Assembly: GCA_951406725.2 (NCBI GenBank)
Contig: OX597826.1
Span: forward strand, 67,332,001 to 67,396,000
DNA: 64,000 bases
Direction of reading: 5' to 3'
Source: Octopus vulgaris
Lineage: Eukaryota
The notes under the pieces were generated by a model. That model had not been told where the DNA came from and ran no database searches. It was given only the letters and a program-made list of their open reading frames with translations. The position numbers and the translations under genes are program-made. This document shows, one piece after another, positions 17,139-30,660 of this stretch. Position 1 is the stretch's first letter; each line of letters begins with the position of its first letter.

Positions 17139-17539
17139 TAAAGCCACCCCGGTTCACTTTTGAATATCCACTGATTGAAAACTTTAAGAAAATTTGAAGG
17201 AAACGCTTATGATCTTTGATTTAAATTTCATAATTACGATTGTATGGGGTTCATGACGTTTGTAATAACATTATCACGAGAACCAGAAATGAAATAAAAT
17301 GCATGAGCTTGAAACAAACGTTTCTGCAGGTCTAGTTCACAAAGGTTTTTAAACTAAAGAACATAAGGTTAAATATTTCATTCAATCTTTTATTGCATAT
17401 TGCACAAAAGTATTCAGAGAGTAAATATTCAGAGAAGAAAAAAAGAAAATAATCGAAAAGAAAGCAGGCTCGGTTTACCAGTTTATTGAGGAAGTGAGCA
17501 ACTCTGAGTTACTGGAAATGAGAGCCTTTCAGTTATAAT

Positions 17540-17663
17540 GTACACATACACACGCACACACACACATACACATACGCACACTCACGCGCGCTCGCGCATA
17601 CACACACTGACGCGCGCTCGCGCTTACACACACACACGCTCGCACACACACACGCTTGCACAC

Positions 17664-17705
<42 letters not shown>

Positions 17706-17965
17706 ATACACGCACATATGTCTGTATGTATATATATATGTGTGTCCATATATATATATATGAATGTATATATATGCATGTATATATATGTATATATTTA
17801 TATGTATATATATGTATATACATATATATATATGTGTATGTATGTATGTATATATATAAATGTTCTAAAATCCTCACACCCTTGGTTTTTTATGTCATTC
17901 TGAAAAATGTTTTATATCTGAATATATATATATGCGTATACATATATATAGACTCATATGTATGT

Positions 17966-18019
<54 letters not shown>

Positions 18020-18038
18020 ATGTATGTATGTGTGTATG

Positions 18039-18094
<56 letters not shown>

Positions 18095-18115
18095 TATTAT
18101 ATATATACACACACT
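17540..18115. repeat. (CA)n/(CG)/(TA)n compound microsatellite
   Basis: Direct reading. Confidence 0.9.
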
Positions 18116-18887
18116 TACGTATATAAATACAACTGTTTGTTTATATTGCTGACTCGATCATATTCATTTTACGACATCTAGTTTCACCCTTAAATGTATC
18201 AGGTAGTTTAGGCCAAGTTCTTTTATTTCACCTATATATACCGTGTAATGAAAAAAAGTATACAAAACAGGAAAGTAAAGACAAACAAAATAAAAAAAAA
18301 ATGAGGGAGAAAAATGAGTAACAAATACGAGAAACCTGTTTCGCTAGAAATGTATTGAATTTTTAAGACGCGTTTTTTCATTGGTTGAAAATGTTTGGAG
18401 GTGTCTATGTTTGATCGTTGTGTGGAATAAGTGTAGTTTTGTCTGTGTAATTATTGAAACTGTCTGATGTACGTGTATGTTTGTTTTCGTGCGCTTGTTG
18501 GTAAGGTCTGATTGTAATTAATGTGTGGATTTATTAAACATGAAAGAAAGTGTTTTCCTTTGTGTTTTCATAAAACAAACTATTTTAATGGGTGGAATTA
18601 ATACGAATTTTTTGAATTCGTTTGTATGCATTTATTTGGAAAAAGTCAAAAGATTACTGTATAAGAGTGAGTCGCTCTGACGCTATTTCTAATTAAGCCA
18701 CAAAATATTGTGTGAAAGGAAAAATGAAAAAAAGCAAAAAGAGACAGAAAGAAATAAAAGTTTAAAAAAAACCTAATTTTTAGTGATGATGTATTTGTAA
18801 GACGCGTGTTCTCATTGGTTCTCTCTGGTTTTGATTTTGGTGCTTGGAGACGGCGAGAAGTAATTTTATTCTCTCTGTTTACTCACA

Positions 18888-18967
<80 letters not shown>

Positions 18968-19137
18968 ATATATGTATATATATATACTATATATATATAA
19001 ATATATATATACATACATATATATGTATATATATATATATTATATACACATATACACACGCATAAATATATATATCTATGTATATACATATATATATATA
19101 CATATACATACATACATAAACACATACACACACACAC

Positions 19138-19169
<32 letters not shown>

Positions 19170-19744
19170 ATGTATGTTTGTGTGTATGTGTGTGTTCGTG
19201 CGTGTGTGTATTTATGTATGTATTTGATACGTGTGTATGTCTGGGTGCCTGAATATCTTTTGAAGCGCTGTGTTGGTGATTAATGGGTGGAAGGAAAGAA
19301 AATATTTTCCATTGTGTTTGTTTTTGTAAATCAGCTATGTTGGGGCGGAAAATTAATCGAATTATTAAATTACTCTGTATGCATTTATTTGGAAAATTTA
19401 GATATTTGGGGTCATCACTTTGTCGTTATTGCTAATTAAGGGTTGAATATTACTTAGAAACGAAACAAAAATGTGTTATATCTATATTTATATTACTGTT
19501 TCTGCTATGACGTTCTGATATTTAAGAACGTATTTACGCATGTGTGGGCATAAAGAGATTAATTCTGGGTGTGTATTCAAACTTTTGATTTGATTCGGTG
19601 TTTCCAGATTTCTAATTCTTCATTGGTGCAAATATTACGAAAATCATTTGATTGTGTATAAGTCGTTCCTTTATCTTAGGATAGCCAGTAAATATTGTAG
19701 AGAATGTTACAGAGAATATGTGCTATATGTTCTTCCAATACCTC

Positions 19745-20025
19745 TGACCTATACACAAAAATCTGACTCTGTACGAGTATAGTTCCGCCAACAGTTTTCT
19801 ATACCAGAGAGATGTGGAAGAATGCCGTCAAACTCGACAGAAAGCTACTCCCTTGTGTTTCATCAAAAATGCTTGACAAACGTTCTGAGAACGTACTGGT
19901 AAGATCACATATACAACGATGACATTCTAATGATGGCCAACCCAAGAAAACTTAGAGAACTCATCACAGAACGAAGAGTAAAACTTCCAGGTCATATATT
20001 CTGGTTACCTGAACAAAGCCACTCT
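19745..20025 (+). mobile_element. RTE-clade LINE fragment (post-RT region)
   Basis: Translates as PTVFYTREMW...VFHQKCLTNVLRTYW*DHIYNDDILMMA...ITERRVKLPGHIF, matching the RTE pattern LYGxETW..FHxRCLRxILxIxWxDxIxN..RRLxxxGHI. Confidence 0.75.
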
Positions 20026-20041
20026 GAAAAAGAATTTTCTC

Positions 20042-20198
20042 GGCGCAGGAGTGGCTGTGGGGTAAGGAGCTTGCTTATCAACCACATGGTCCTGGGTTCA
20101 ACCCCACTGCGTGGTACATTGGGCCTTCTACTGTTGCCTCGGGCCGATCAAAGCCTTGTGAGTAGATTTAGTAGACGGAAACTGGGAGAAGCCAGTCG

Positions 20199-20268
<70 letters not shown>

Positions 20269-20423
20269 TGTCTGTGTGTATGTGTGTGTTTGTATGTGTT
20301 TGTGTGTGTGTGTGTGTGTATGTTAGTGTGTTTACGTCCCCGTAACTTAGTGGTTCGGCAAAAAAAAAAACCCTAGAATAAGTACTAGGCTTACAAGGAA
20401 TAAGCTCTGGGGTCGATTTGCTA
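20042..20423 (+). mobile_element. SINE type A (3'-truncated)
   Basis: ggcgcaggagtggctgtggggtaag head, internal (TA)/(TG) run, ends at ctggggtcgatttgc. Confidence 0.85.
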
Positions 20424-20496
20424 AGCATTTTCTCCCGCGCTGTAAGAATTCTGTCAGTTCACCATCTTGGTTTTCTTATTTATATTAGGTGTGATA

Positions 20497-20900
20497 TTAA
20501 GGCAGCGAAATGATAGAATTAAAAGCACGCCGAGCAAAATGCTTAGTCGCGTTTACTTCATTTTCACGTTAAGATCAAATTCCACCGAGATCGACTTTGC
20601 TTTTCATTCTTTCGAGGTCGATAAAATAATACCTATTGAACACTGGAGTCGGATCCGTGGAATAAGCTGCCGGACGAGATGGTGAAGATGCCGACGACCG
20701 CTCGGTTCAAAGTCTCCCTTGACCACAAGTGGCCTGAACTCTTTACATGAACACCACTCTGTACATAACTCCATGTCCCCCTACATGGCCTTGCTTTTTT
20801 GCTTTTTGAGCCAAAAAATTAACTAACTAACTAACTAACTAACTAATCGACTTACCTCCTCTCCCTAATTTGCTGGCCGTGTACCAAAAACTGAAATTGA
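20497..20900 (+). mobile_element. SINE type B2 (alternative tail) interrupted by a CR1 3' fragment
   Basis: B-type body up to cactggagtcg, resuming at taatcgacttacctcctctcc...gctggccgtgtacc after 20843. Confidence 0.7.
20652..20843 (+). mobile_element. CR1-group LINE 3' end with (TAAC)n tail
   Basis: PWNKLPDEMVKMPTTARFKVSLDHKWPELFT* (WNxLP...FK..LD motif) followed by a short UTR and (TAAC)n. Confidence 0.8.
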
Positions 20901-21717
20901 TATTAAATGTTGCATGTGCAGCTGACATTTTCCACCGATTACCTCTCTAAAAATGTCAATTATTTTTCACTATATTGTTGTTGAAGGCTTATGGTGCTTC
21001 CAAGTTTTTCTTATTGTATTATGAGCAATCGATGGTAGGATAGTTGCAAAATTCATCACTGTTTAGCAGGTTTCTCTGTGTTAGGTTGACTTAAATATTT
21101 AGCTGTAATTAATTCCAGGAATAAATGGTTTCTTACAAGGTTTAAGTAGGTTTTGCCTAAATTGGTTTTAATTTATCAGTTTTTAACCAAAGCACTTAAA
21201 TTTACTGGATTAAAGCCTGCATTTTCCCAAGCTATCTGTCTTTTTATGCCAATCGTACTTAATGGTTTCTCAGAAACTGCTACATACCTGTACGTGATTA
21301 CATATATTCCAAATGTGTTTTTCTTGCTCAAATTTGTGGATATATTTTTGATAACGCACGATAGATAATCGCAATGGATGTCTCTCTCTAAAACTGAATC
21401 GCTGTTTTAATCTAGATAGCAATATTTTATCGATAACGTTAAATTTTAATTCGAATCAGTGGTTATATTACCGTTACTACTTATTGTAATTTCTAAGTAT
21501 TCGCCATTATATAACTAACTCAGTTACGTATTACCTGAAGTCATTTGTTTATTTCCCGTTTATATTTTTTGAAGATTAACAGACTGTTATCTCTATGTAT
21601 TTCAGGATTATGATGTATAATTTATTGTGTATTAACTTCAAAGTGCATAATCCAATTACAATTGAAATCTCCGAGGAATCTCTGGCTTCTTTGCTTAGTT
21701 GGAAGAATTCTCTACAA

Positions 21718-22095
21718 TTACTCTTTTACTTGTATCAAACATTTGACTGCGGCCATGCTGAAGCACCGCCTTTAGTCGAGCAAATCGACGCTAGGACTTA
21801 TTCTTTGTAAGCCTAGTACTTATTCTATCGGTCTCTTTTGCCGAACCGCTGAGTTACGGGGACGTAAACACATCAGCATCTGCTGTGAAGCGATGTCGGG
21901 GGGGGGGAGCAAACACAGACATACAAACACTCACACATATATATATATACATATATACGACGGGCTTCTTTCAGTTTCCGTCTACCAAATCCCCTCACAA
22001 GGCTTTGGTCGGCCCGAGGTTATAGTCGAAGACACTTTCCCAAGGTGCCACGCAGTGGACGTGAACCCGGAACCATGTGGTTGGTAAGCAAGCTA
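21718..22095 (-). mobile_element. SINE type A nested in the PLE remnant
   Basis: Near full-length match to other A copies. Confidence 0.9.
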
Positions 22096-22199
22096 CTTAC
22101 CACACAGCCACTCCTGGAGTCGATTTGCTCGACTAAAGGCGATGCCCCAGCATTGGAAGAAAGAAATGAACGAACCAATGAATTTCTTTGCCACCTCAC

Positions 22200-22850
22200 C
22201 TATAGCCAGGTAGGCAGCTACGATAGATTATATCAACATTGGGAAAGAAGATATAACACACGCCATAGATGGGGCGGACGCAAACTCAGCTGCTGGCCCT
22301 GATGGTTTCCCTGCAACCCTCCTCAAATCATGCAATCGTGCCCTAGCGAAGCCACTACAAATTCTCTTCCTGGGTTTTCTTGCGAATGACAAGCTGCCAA
22401 GCAAACTAAAGGAGGGAATAATATGTCCAATCCATAAAGGAGGAAGCAGAGATGATGCCAAAAAAGTATAGGCCCATCTCTCTGACTTCACACGCCAGCA
22501 AAGCCATAGGACGAATAATCAGAGAGAAATTAATCGCCTTCCTTGAAGAAAACGACTTGCTGTGTGATGCCCAGCATGGTTTTCGACCAGGTAGGAGCTG
22601 CCTGACACAGCTCCTGCAGCACTATGACTGGGTGTTTAGGCAGTTACTCAACAACTCAAATGTGAACGCAATATACCTTGACTTTGCAAAAGCTTTTGAT
22701 AAAGTGGATCCTGGTATGATACACCACAAACTGCGTGATCTTAGCTGGAAAACGTGGAGAGTGGTTACATGACTTTCCGAAAGATAGAAATCAGACAGTG
22801 GTAGTCAATGGTGTCACCTCAAGGGAAACACACATAGTGAGTGGTGTTCC
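22200..22850 (+). mobile_element. CR1-group LINE reverse transcriptase fragment (frameshifted)
   Basis: SAAGPDG..LAKPL..PIHKGG../YRPISLTS..QHGFRPGRSCLTQLL..YLDFAKAFDKV..SGVP. Confidence 0.9.
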
Positions 22851-23735
22851 ATGTATATGTATATAAATTTGATGCAGTGGAATATTATATCAGTGACCAG
22901 GAAGCATTTGTTACATCGAATATTTTGACAGCAAACAATAAATGTTTAAGTAAAGTTAACGGGTTTTGTGAGGTTTTAAATGGCTGATATTTCTCTTCCA
23001 CGCTGCAATTGTTGTAGTTTGAAGGCACTGTTTCAGAGCCTGGCAATGATCCTCCGAAATACTTCCATGCAGTTATCTACGATGTTATAATGGACAGTTG
23101 AAACAACTAGTGTTGGAAGATTAGCAGTCAATTTTACGAAACTAGATGACCCTGCATTCTGTTCCACAGAGATTATTTCAAGCCAACTCGTTATATATAA
23201 ACATTAATTCTAATGTGTTATTCTAAAGATATTCTGGATATACCTAATGTGTTTGTCAAGTCATACTACATTTTCAAATGTGTTTTTCCCTATTCTTCCC
23301 ATTTCACTTTTTATTAGGTTAATGTATCCGGTTTTGAAGTTGTACTTATGATCCTCCATAGTAATGTAAGTCGATTTTAGTGCGTGCATTTCTATACCGG
23401 AATATGTATTTTTCGCCTCGGGTTTTATAGAATTAAATGTACTATCTTCCATATTGTCGTTTTTAGTTTTGTTTCATTTCTGAACATTCTTCATGGTACC
23501 TGACACTTTCTGCTGGAAGCTGTTTCACACTTTCTTGAACTTCATATTTATCACAATTTTACTTATATTTGTTTCGAAAGGTTTGAGCGCTTTGTTACAA
23601 AGTGTGTATCTCCTGGTTTGGCTTACGTGCCTTGATTCTATTTCCCATTTTCCCTAATCATCTCTGTAAAAAATTCACCACCATTTTGACTAAAATTGCT
23701 GTGATATTCGTCGTGCGATATTTGTCGTATTTATA

Positions 23736-24149
23736 GGCGTAGGAGTGGCTGTGTGGTAAGTAGCTTGCTTACCAAACACATGGTTCCGGGTTCAACCCAC
23801 TGCGTGGCCCGTTCGGCAAGTGTCTTCTACTATAGCCTCGGGCCGACCAAAGCCTTGAGAGTGGATTTGGCAGATGGAAACTGAAAGAAGCCCGTCGTAT
23901 ATTTGTATATACATATATATATGTGTGTGTGTGTATATGTTTGTGTCTGTGTTTGTACTTCCCAACATCGCCTGACAACCGATGCTGGTGTGTCTACGTC
24001 TCCGTAACTTAGAGTTTCGGCAAAAGAATCCGATATAATGAGTACTAGGCTTACAAAGAATAAGTCCTGGGATCGATTTGCTCGATTAAAGACGGTGCTA
24101 CTGCATGGCCACATTCAAATGACTGAAACAAGTAAAAGAGTAAAAGAGT
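23736..24149 (+). mobile_element. SINE type A, full length
   Basis: tRNA-like head (tggctgtgtggt A box; gggttcaaccc B box), CORE-like ggcaagtgtctt segment, internal microsatellite, (gtaaaaga)n tail. Confidence 0.9.
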
Positions 24150-24305
24150 GCCTCAATGAAAATGTTTGCCTTTGGATTTTTATAATATATTCAGTGGAAA
24201 TATCCAGGATGTCTGTTACATTTGAAGTTCGGTGAGAGATCTACCAGATTACGAGTTCTTCAATAATTATAAAAACAACTGAAAACTCAATTACACGATT
24301 ATTTA

Positions 24306-25045
24306 GGTAGCGGAGCTGGTAGAATCGTTAGCACTCTGAGAAAAATGCTTAGCGGTATTTCGCTCGTCTTTACGTTCTGAGTTCAAATTCCGCCGAGGTC
24401 GACTTTACCTTTCATCCTTTCGGAGTCGATGAAATAAGTACCAGTTACGCACTGGGGTCGATGTAATCGACTTAATCCGTTTGTCTGTCCTTGTTTGTCC
24501 CCTCTGTGTTTAGCCCCTTGTGGGTAGTAAAGAAATAGGTATTTCGCTCGTCTTTACGTTCTGAGTTAAAATTCTGCCGAGGTCGACTTTACCTTTCATC
24601 CTTTCGGGATCGATAAATTAAGTAGCAGTTACGCACTGGGGTCGATATAATCGACTTAATCCGTTTGTCTGTCCTTGTTTATCCTCTCTTTGTGTAGTCC
24701 CTTGTGGGCAGTAAAGAAATAGGTATTTCGTTCGTCTTTACGTTCTGAGTTCAAATTCTGCCGAGGTCGACTTTGCCTTTCATCCTTTCGGGGTCGATAA
24801 ATTAAGTAGCAGTTACGCACTGGGGTCGATATAATCGACTTAATCCGTTTGTCTGTCCTTGTTTATCCTCTCTTTGTGTAGTCCCTTGTGGGCAGTAAAG
24901 AAATAGGTATTTCGTTCGTCTTTACGTTCTGAGTTCAAAATCCACCGAGGTCGACTTTGTATTTCATCGTTTCAGGGTCGATTAAAGAAGCACCAATTGA
25001 GCACTGGGGTCAATGTAATCGACTTCCTCCTCTCCACCCAATTTT
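24306..25045 (+). mobile_element. SINE type B tandem array: one head and four 184-bp-spaced bodies
   Basis: ggtatttcg(c/t)tcgtctttacgttctgagtt recurs at 24354, 24538, 24722 and 24906. Confidence 0.92.
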
Positions 25046-25623
25046 CTGTGCATTATATATTTTTTTATAAATACCATGATTGCCTCTTTATATTACAATT
25101 ACTATTCACACTAGAATAATTTAATTTATTCTTTTATCTATACATTTTATGAATCGCTTTATAAAGGTGAAATAAACGATTTTAGTTCAAATTATATATA
25201 AAGTAACACTAGGAGGGCTATTAACAATTGTTATTTGAGGACGAACTCTTTAGCTATTAACCTATTAATATGTGCAGGTCAATTTTCATTCTGCAATTAA
25301 TCGCAATTAATCATTAAAAAAATTATGCATCAGAAAGCCACAAAACGGTAATTGTGCGATAATTTGGATTTATGAAAATTTAATAATACATGCATAGTAT
25401 TTATAAATCCATTAAATTCTTCGCACTGTATGACATTATTTAATCTTGTATTGGGGATACTATACATTCAAAGGCAAACAAGATTTATTTGTTAGTTGGC
25501 ATTTAGTATTTAGCAATTTTTCGCTTAATGTTGTATTTTTACATAAAAGCACACGCATACACATACTCATACATAAATACCTATATATACATATACACAC
25601 ATAGGCACAAACACATATATATG

Positions 25624-25670
<47 letters not shown>

Positions 25671-26419
25671 ATGAATTTATAAATAAATAACTTAATGTAT
25701 ACTTGAAAAATAAATATGAAAATCTATATCCGGCGGCAGAAACTAATGATCGGTTAAATATTTACTTGCTTCGTTAAGGCCGACCACAAAGTTCAATATA
25801 AACATCTACAGTAAATGATTCAATAGCAGCGGGCCACAAGGTTATTTCTTCTCTTATCCTTATTTCTATATATCTCGTCCTTTCCCTGACCCTAATCAAC
25901 TCAATTCGCTGAAGTCTTTACCAACTAAATATCAATTCTACGAATTTTCCTTTTTTCATTCAATTTCCATGCAATGTTATGCATTGAATATGGACAGCAT
26001 CGATTTGTTTCCCCTGAAGAATTCTTGACAAAAAAAATATTAAAAAGAAAAAATGGCTACCTTGCGCCTCCTTCCCGCATGATAGTATGATGTAAGGTAT
26101 TTTGTATACTTAAGCATATTAATCGTGATAAGAAGGCTATTTGTAGTTTGAATTTCTATGATAATAATAAAACGTGATTGGAAACAGAACTCTAACCCTA
26201 TGGAGGTTTTGTTTTGTCTCGTTTTCATCTCTGGTTTATGTGCTTTCTGAATTTTTCTTGCATCCAAACGTTATCAATATTGTTTTGCGAGGGATATATG
26301 GTATTGACTGAGTAAAAACAAAGTGACGCGTTCAAATACACATATATACACACAGAGGAACACACATATGCACGAACACTCACAGTTCACATACATACAT
26401 GCAATCATACATATATACA

Positions 26420-26457
<38 letters not shown>

Positions 26458-26699
26458 AATACATGCATATACACACACACACATATATATATATATGTAT
26501 GTATGTATGTTTGTATGTATGTAGGTATGTATATAAACTCTTACGTATTACATTTTGTATATCAAGAGATCTTAATTACGTTATGTGAAATATAAATACA
26601 AATGAGATAAATATATCATTCTATATATTAAATGAACGCTACTTCAATGATGGATCTATTTATGTTGAAAACCTAACAATTTTCACAGAGTAGAGAGTA

Positions 26700-27260
26700 A
26701 ATATACTAGAAGACTTCTGTCGAAAACAGAGAACGCCAACATCCACATAAATTTAATGGTATCAGCTGGAACAACTTCCGTTTACGCAGATGCCTACCAC
26801 TAAATTTCGAAGGTTTCGAAAAATTCGGATTAGATTTCTTAAACTCAATACCAAATCTTAAACTACTTAAGTCATTTAATTTAAAAAGAAATAATAAAAA
26901 AAAACTAATATCAATAACCTTAAACCCTAAAGAAGATTGATTAATTGGTAAATTGTAGCCTAAACAGAAGCCTCTGCAGTAAGATCAAAATTCAGAACTA
27001 TATGAGAGATTGAGCACAGACCTACTACGATATTTATTGGGAAATGAAAGACATTAGCCTAACAAATCAGAAACTTTTAACGCTATAAATCTAAACTTTA
27101 ACTTAGTCTGAAACTATTTATTGGCATAGCTGAAGGAAAATTCAATAGAAGATTTTGCAAACATTTCTCTTCGTTCAGAAACATTAATAAACGAAATGTA
27201 ACACACCTCTGGCCACTGAGAGAAACGCCTTCGAATCGTAATACCGACAAGAAGATCAAT
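26700..27260 (+). mobile_element. Penelope-like element remnant (GIY-YIG endonuclease region)
   Basis: From 27117: FIGIAEGKFNRRFCKHFSSFRNINKRNVTHLWPLRE, matching PLE YIGxTExxFKxRYxxHxxSFR..LSxxIWxLK. Confidence 0.7.
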
Positions 27261-27632
27261 GAGAGATCCAGTACTTATATCAATGACAGCAACAAATGAG
27301 GCCTGCACACTGATAATATAACATTTGGTGCAACTGGGGCTATATTCAAGTTGCTGTGTATGAAACTATCCGAAAATGTAGGGACTTAGGCAATACGGCT
27401 TTACTTAACAGATCATAAAATTCTTAAATTATAAGTTGTATTTGTACATGATATTTGAATAGAGGATAATTCATGTTTGTAGAATGTTGTATAATAAATC
27501 AACACTTACGTTACATAATCCAGAGACACGACAGTAATAACGTTTCTGTTCTAATTGCCAATACATACAGGATCATCTTGCAATTAAAATGCCCTTATAC
27601 ATTTCTTACGCAATTGGATTTTTTTATGAGTT

Positions 27633-27893
27633 GAAAAAAAATAAATGCGCCCTTTTAAATCCTAACCAGGCTCATATGCCCGGTTTCCCGGTTTCAATGG
27701 CGTATGTGTTCCCCAGCTGGACGGGGCGCCAGTCCATCGCAGCGTTACTCATTTTTGCCAGCTGAGTGGACTGGAGCAACGTGAAATGAAGTGTTTTGCT
27801 CAAGAACACAACGCGTCGCCCGGTCCAGGAATCGAAGCCAGAATCTTACGATCATGATGCTGACACTCTAACCACTAAGCCACGCGCCTCCAC
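27633..27893 (-). mobile_element. SINE type D (tRNA head, CORE-like and V-like domains), full length with TSD
   Basis: ggaggcgcgtggcttagtggtt...gtgttcttgagcaaaacactt...gctgcgatggactggcgccccgtccag; TSD ttttatgagtt at 27622-27632 and 27894-27904. Confidence 0.9.
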
Positions 27894-29320
27894 TTTTATG
27901 AGTTCAACATGTTATATTTTTAATAAGGACAAATGCTTTAATAAATATATGGACTACCAACTATTTACTTTAGTTTCAAACTTTAAACAACTGGTTGATT
28001 TTTCTCAAAATATACTAATTTTTCCGAATACAATTCAGTACGTCTTTCTGTGTGGATACAAAAATGTACATTTTTCAGTTCATATCAAATCACTGGTCTT
28101 TTGAATGATGTTCGATGTAAAACCGGGTCTGATGAAGCAAGGATTAACCAGAGATCAATTTTTATATGTGCACTCGCGCAAATCCTCATACATATGTATA
28201 TAGATATGTAACAAAGAAAATGATGACATCAATACAGCATAAATTATATATCATTTACAATTGTTTCAGTACCATTTCAATTCGAATTGCATGTATATAT
28301 ATATATATATATATGTATACATGCATGTGATAAATTGCATAAGAACTGAATATATTTATCCAGAGTTCAATGACGTGTGTTGGGTACTATACATGATATC
28401 CCAAAAAAGTGATTTATAAAGGTGCATGTGTTTGTTTGTGTGTGTTTGTAGGTATGTATGTGTGTATGAATTTATGTATCTATGTGTTTGTGCACACACA
28501 CACACACATACACACACACACATATATATATATACACACAAATCGAAATTAAGAATAAAAACAAACTTAAACAACAATAGTCAAACGTCCGTACTCAGTG
28601 AATGTATTAGGTTAACGCTTAGTTTAAAATGGAAAATAGAGGCTTTGTGTGAGATTTCGAGCATGATTCCTCTCCACAAAGAGAAAAGATGAAAGGTCCG
28701 GAGAGGAGGAAAAAAAAGTTGAAGGAAAGCACTTGAGAGGTCGCGTGGTTACATGCCTGAGAGTCTACATAAATGCAATTCAAAATAAATAGCACCAAAT
28801 TGCTGTGTCTGATGAATTGCTACTCCAGGCCACTCGTCTATGGATAAAGTAATACACACCTTCTGTAAATAATCACACTTAATCATCTATATATAATATA
28901 TATGTGTTAAGCGGAACGGGAATCAATCAATTGGAACCAATGTTATGTTGTATTAGTATATTAACCTTTATTTTCTATATTCCTCTTCTCAAGCGTTACA
29001 CACTGGTTACACCAGTGACATAAAGCTGCAGTTCCAGTACATGTAGACGTAAAGTGCAGGTAGCCGGGATTTCGTATTGACTGGTGTACAATGATTCGAA
29101 AGCCTCCATCTCTCATTAATGATTATAAATGAAGATCCGACCTGTGCGCTGTGGTAGAATGCCTGTCATGTCTACAAGAGATGAAGGTTCAAGTAAGACG
29201 AGCAACTCAACCCATTATTTACAGCGTATTATTTATAACTTTATTTGTACTTCGAGAACCTATTCTAAAACAGAATTATTCCATGGTCTCTGGAAAATTT
29301 ATGAATTCTTATGACGACAT

Positions 29321-29377
<57 letters not shown>

Positions 29378-29378
29378 C

Positions 29379-29423
<45 letters not shown>

Positions 29424-29803
29424 TACATATATATATATATACATACACATATACATAAATATATATATATGTATATTTTGTGTGAGTATGCGTATGTGTA
29501 TGTGTGTGAGTGCGTGCGTGCGTGTGTACATGTATGCGTCTGTACACGAACGTGTAAGAAGAGATGTGCAAGTCAGTTTGCTATGGGAATAGAACTTTAT
29601 CAATTAAATAAAAACAATTTATGTAATAATTTAATATTTTATTTAAAATTGACACTTATAGAACCGTAAATCTTACTTGTCTGCATTTATTCGCGTAGTT
29701 AGACGAAACAAAGCCGTCTCTCTCCCTCCACCGTCGCATTCCCCAGTACACACACGCACACACACACACACACACACTCCCACAATGTACATGTATGCAT
29801 ATG

Positions 29804-29855
<52 letters not shown>

Positions 29856-30061
29856 CGCAGGTTTATTTTCGTATACACACACACGTATGCACATGCTCAA
29901 GTACGGTTGTACTAGAAATAATAAGTTAGTTTCGGAAATATACTGTTTCAGGTTCGATCCCGCTCAAATATAGTAAATCTGTTTTTATGGAAACCTCCGT
30001 ACTTATAAACTTAGTAAGAAAAAAGAAGAGGAAGGAGGGAGGAAGGGGGGGGCGCAAACAG

Positions 30062-30110
<49 letters not shown>

Positions 30111-30171
30111 CGTTGCGGTACTAAGTATATGTGTGTGGATGTATGTATGTATGTGTCGATATATATATATA

Positions 30172-30228
<57 letters not shown>

Positions 30229-30493
30229 TTGTATTGGCCACTGAATGCTTTACCACAGATTTGGTTCGCTTACGTTCCTCGTAAATTAGTGGTTTGACAA
30301 AAATGCTTCTAAATGATATGCCCCAGCATAAAAATCGTCCACTGGGTCAATGTGCCTTAATCCTGAACGCAAGTGTACTACGAGTTTTGGAGTCCAATAA
30401 CTGAAAGATGTAAAAGAATAACTGTATGTGTGTGCATGTGTATGTGTTTGTGTGTTGAGTATGTGTATGTAAGTGTCACTATCTATCTATTTC

Positions 30494-30567
<74 letters not shown>

Positions 30568-30614
30568 ATCTTTCTCTCTCTATATATATATAAAGATATA
30601 TATATATATGTAAC

Positions 30615-30660
<46 letters not shown>

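Larger units (their letters stand above)
20990..23630 (-). mobile_element. Penelope-like element remnant (RT region) split by nested insertions
   Basis: Collinear decayed motifs KALKPFETNISKIVINMKFKKV*NSFQQK, YITMEDHKYNF..INLIKSEMGRIGK, DSSEISIVIGL, HRDNSLLIF, LEITISSN, SCVIKNIS, IKTNLGKTYLNLVRNH correspond to PLE motifs KDHKxNF, DGAExCELVGL, YRDDGL, HPPxIIK, KTNIGKxFL. Confidence 0.75.

Noticed and set aside
24354-25045. CRISPR-like array
   Set aside because: The units are 184-bp SINE bodies with no unique spacers, and there are no cas genes in this eukaryotic context.
28127-28145. CTGATGA matches at about 28128, 28809 and 15893 as ribozymes
   Set aside because: There is no correctly placed stem II-GAAA-stem III-UH downstream.
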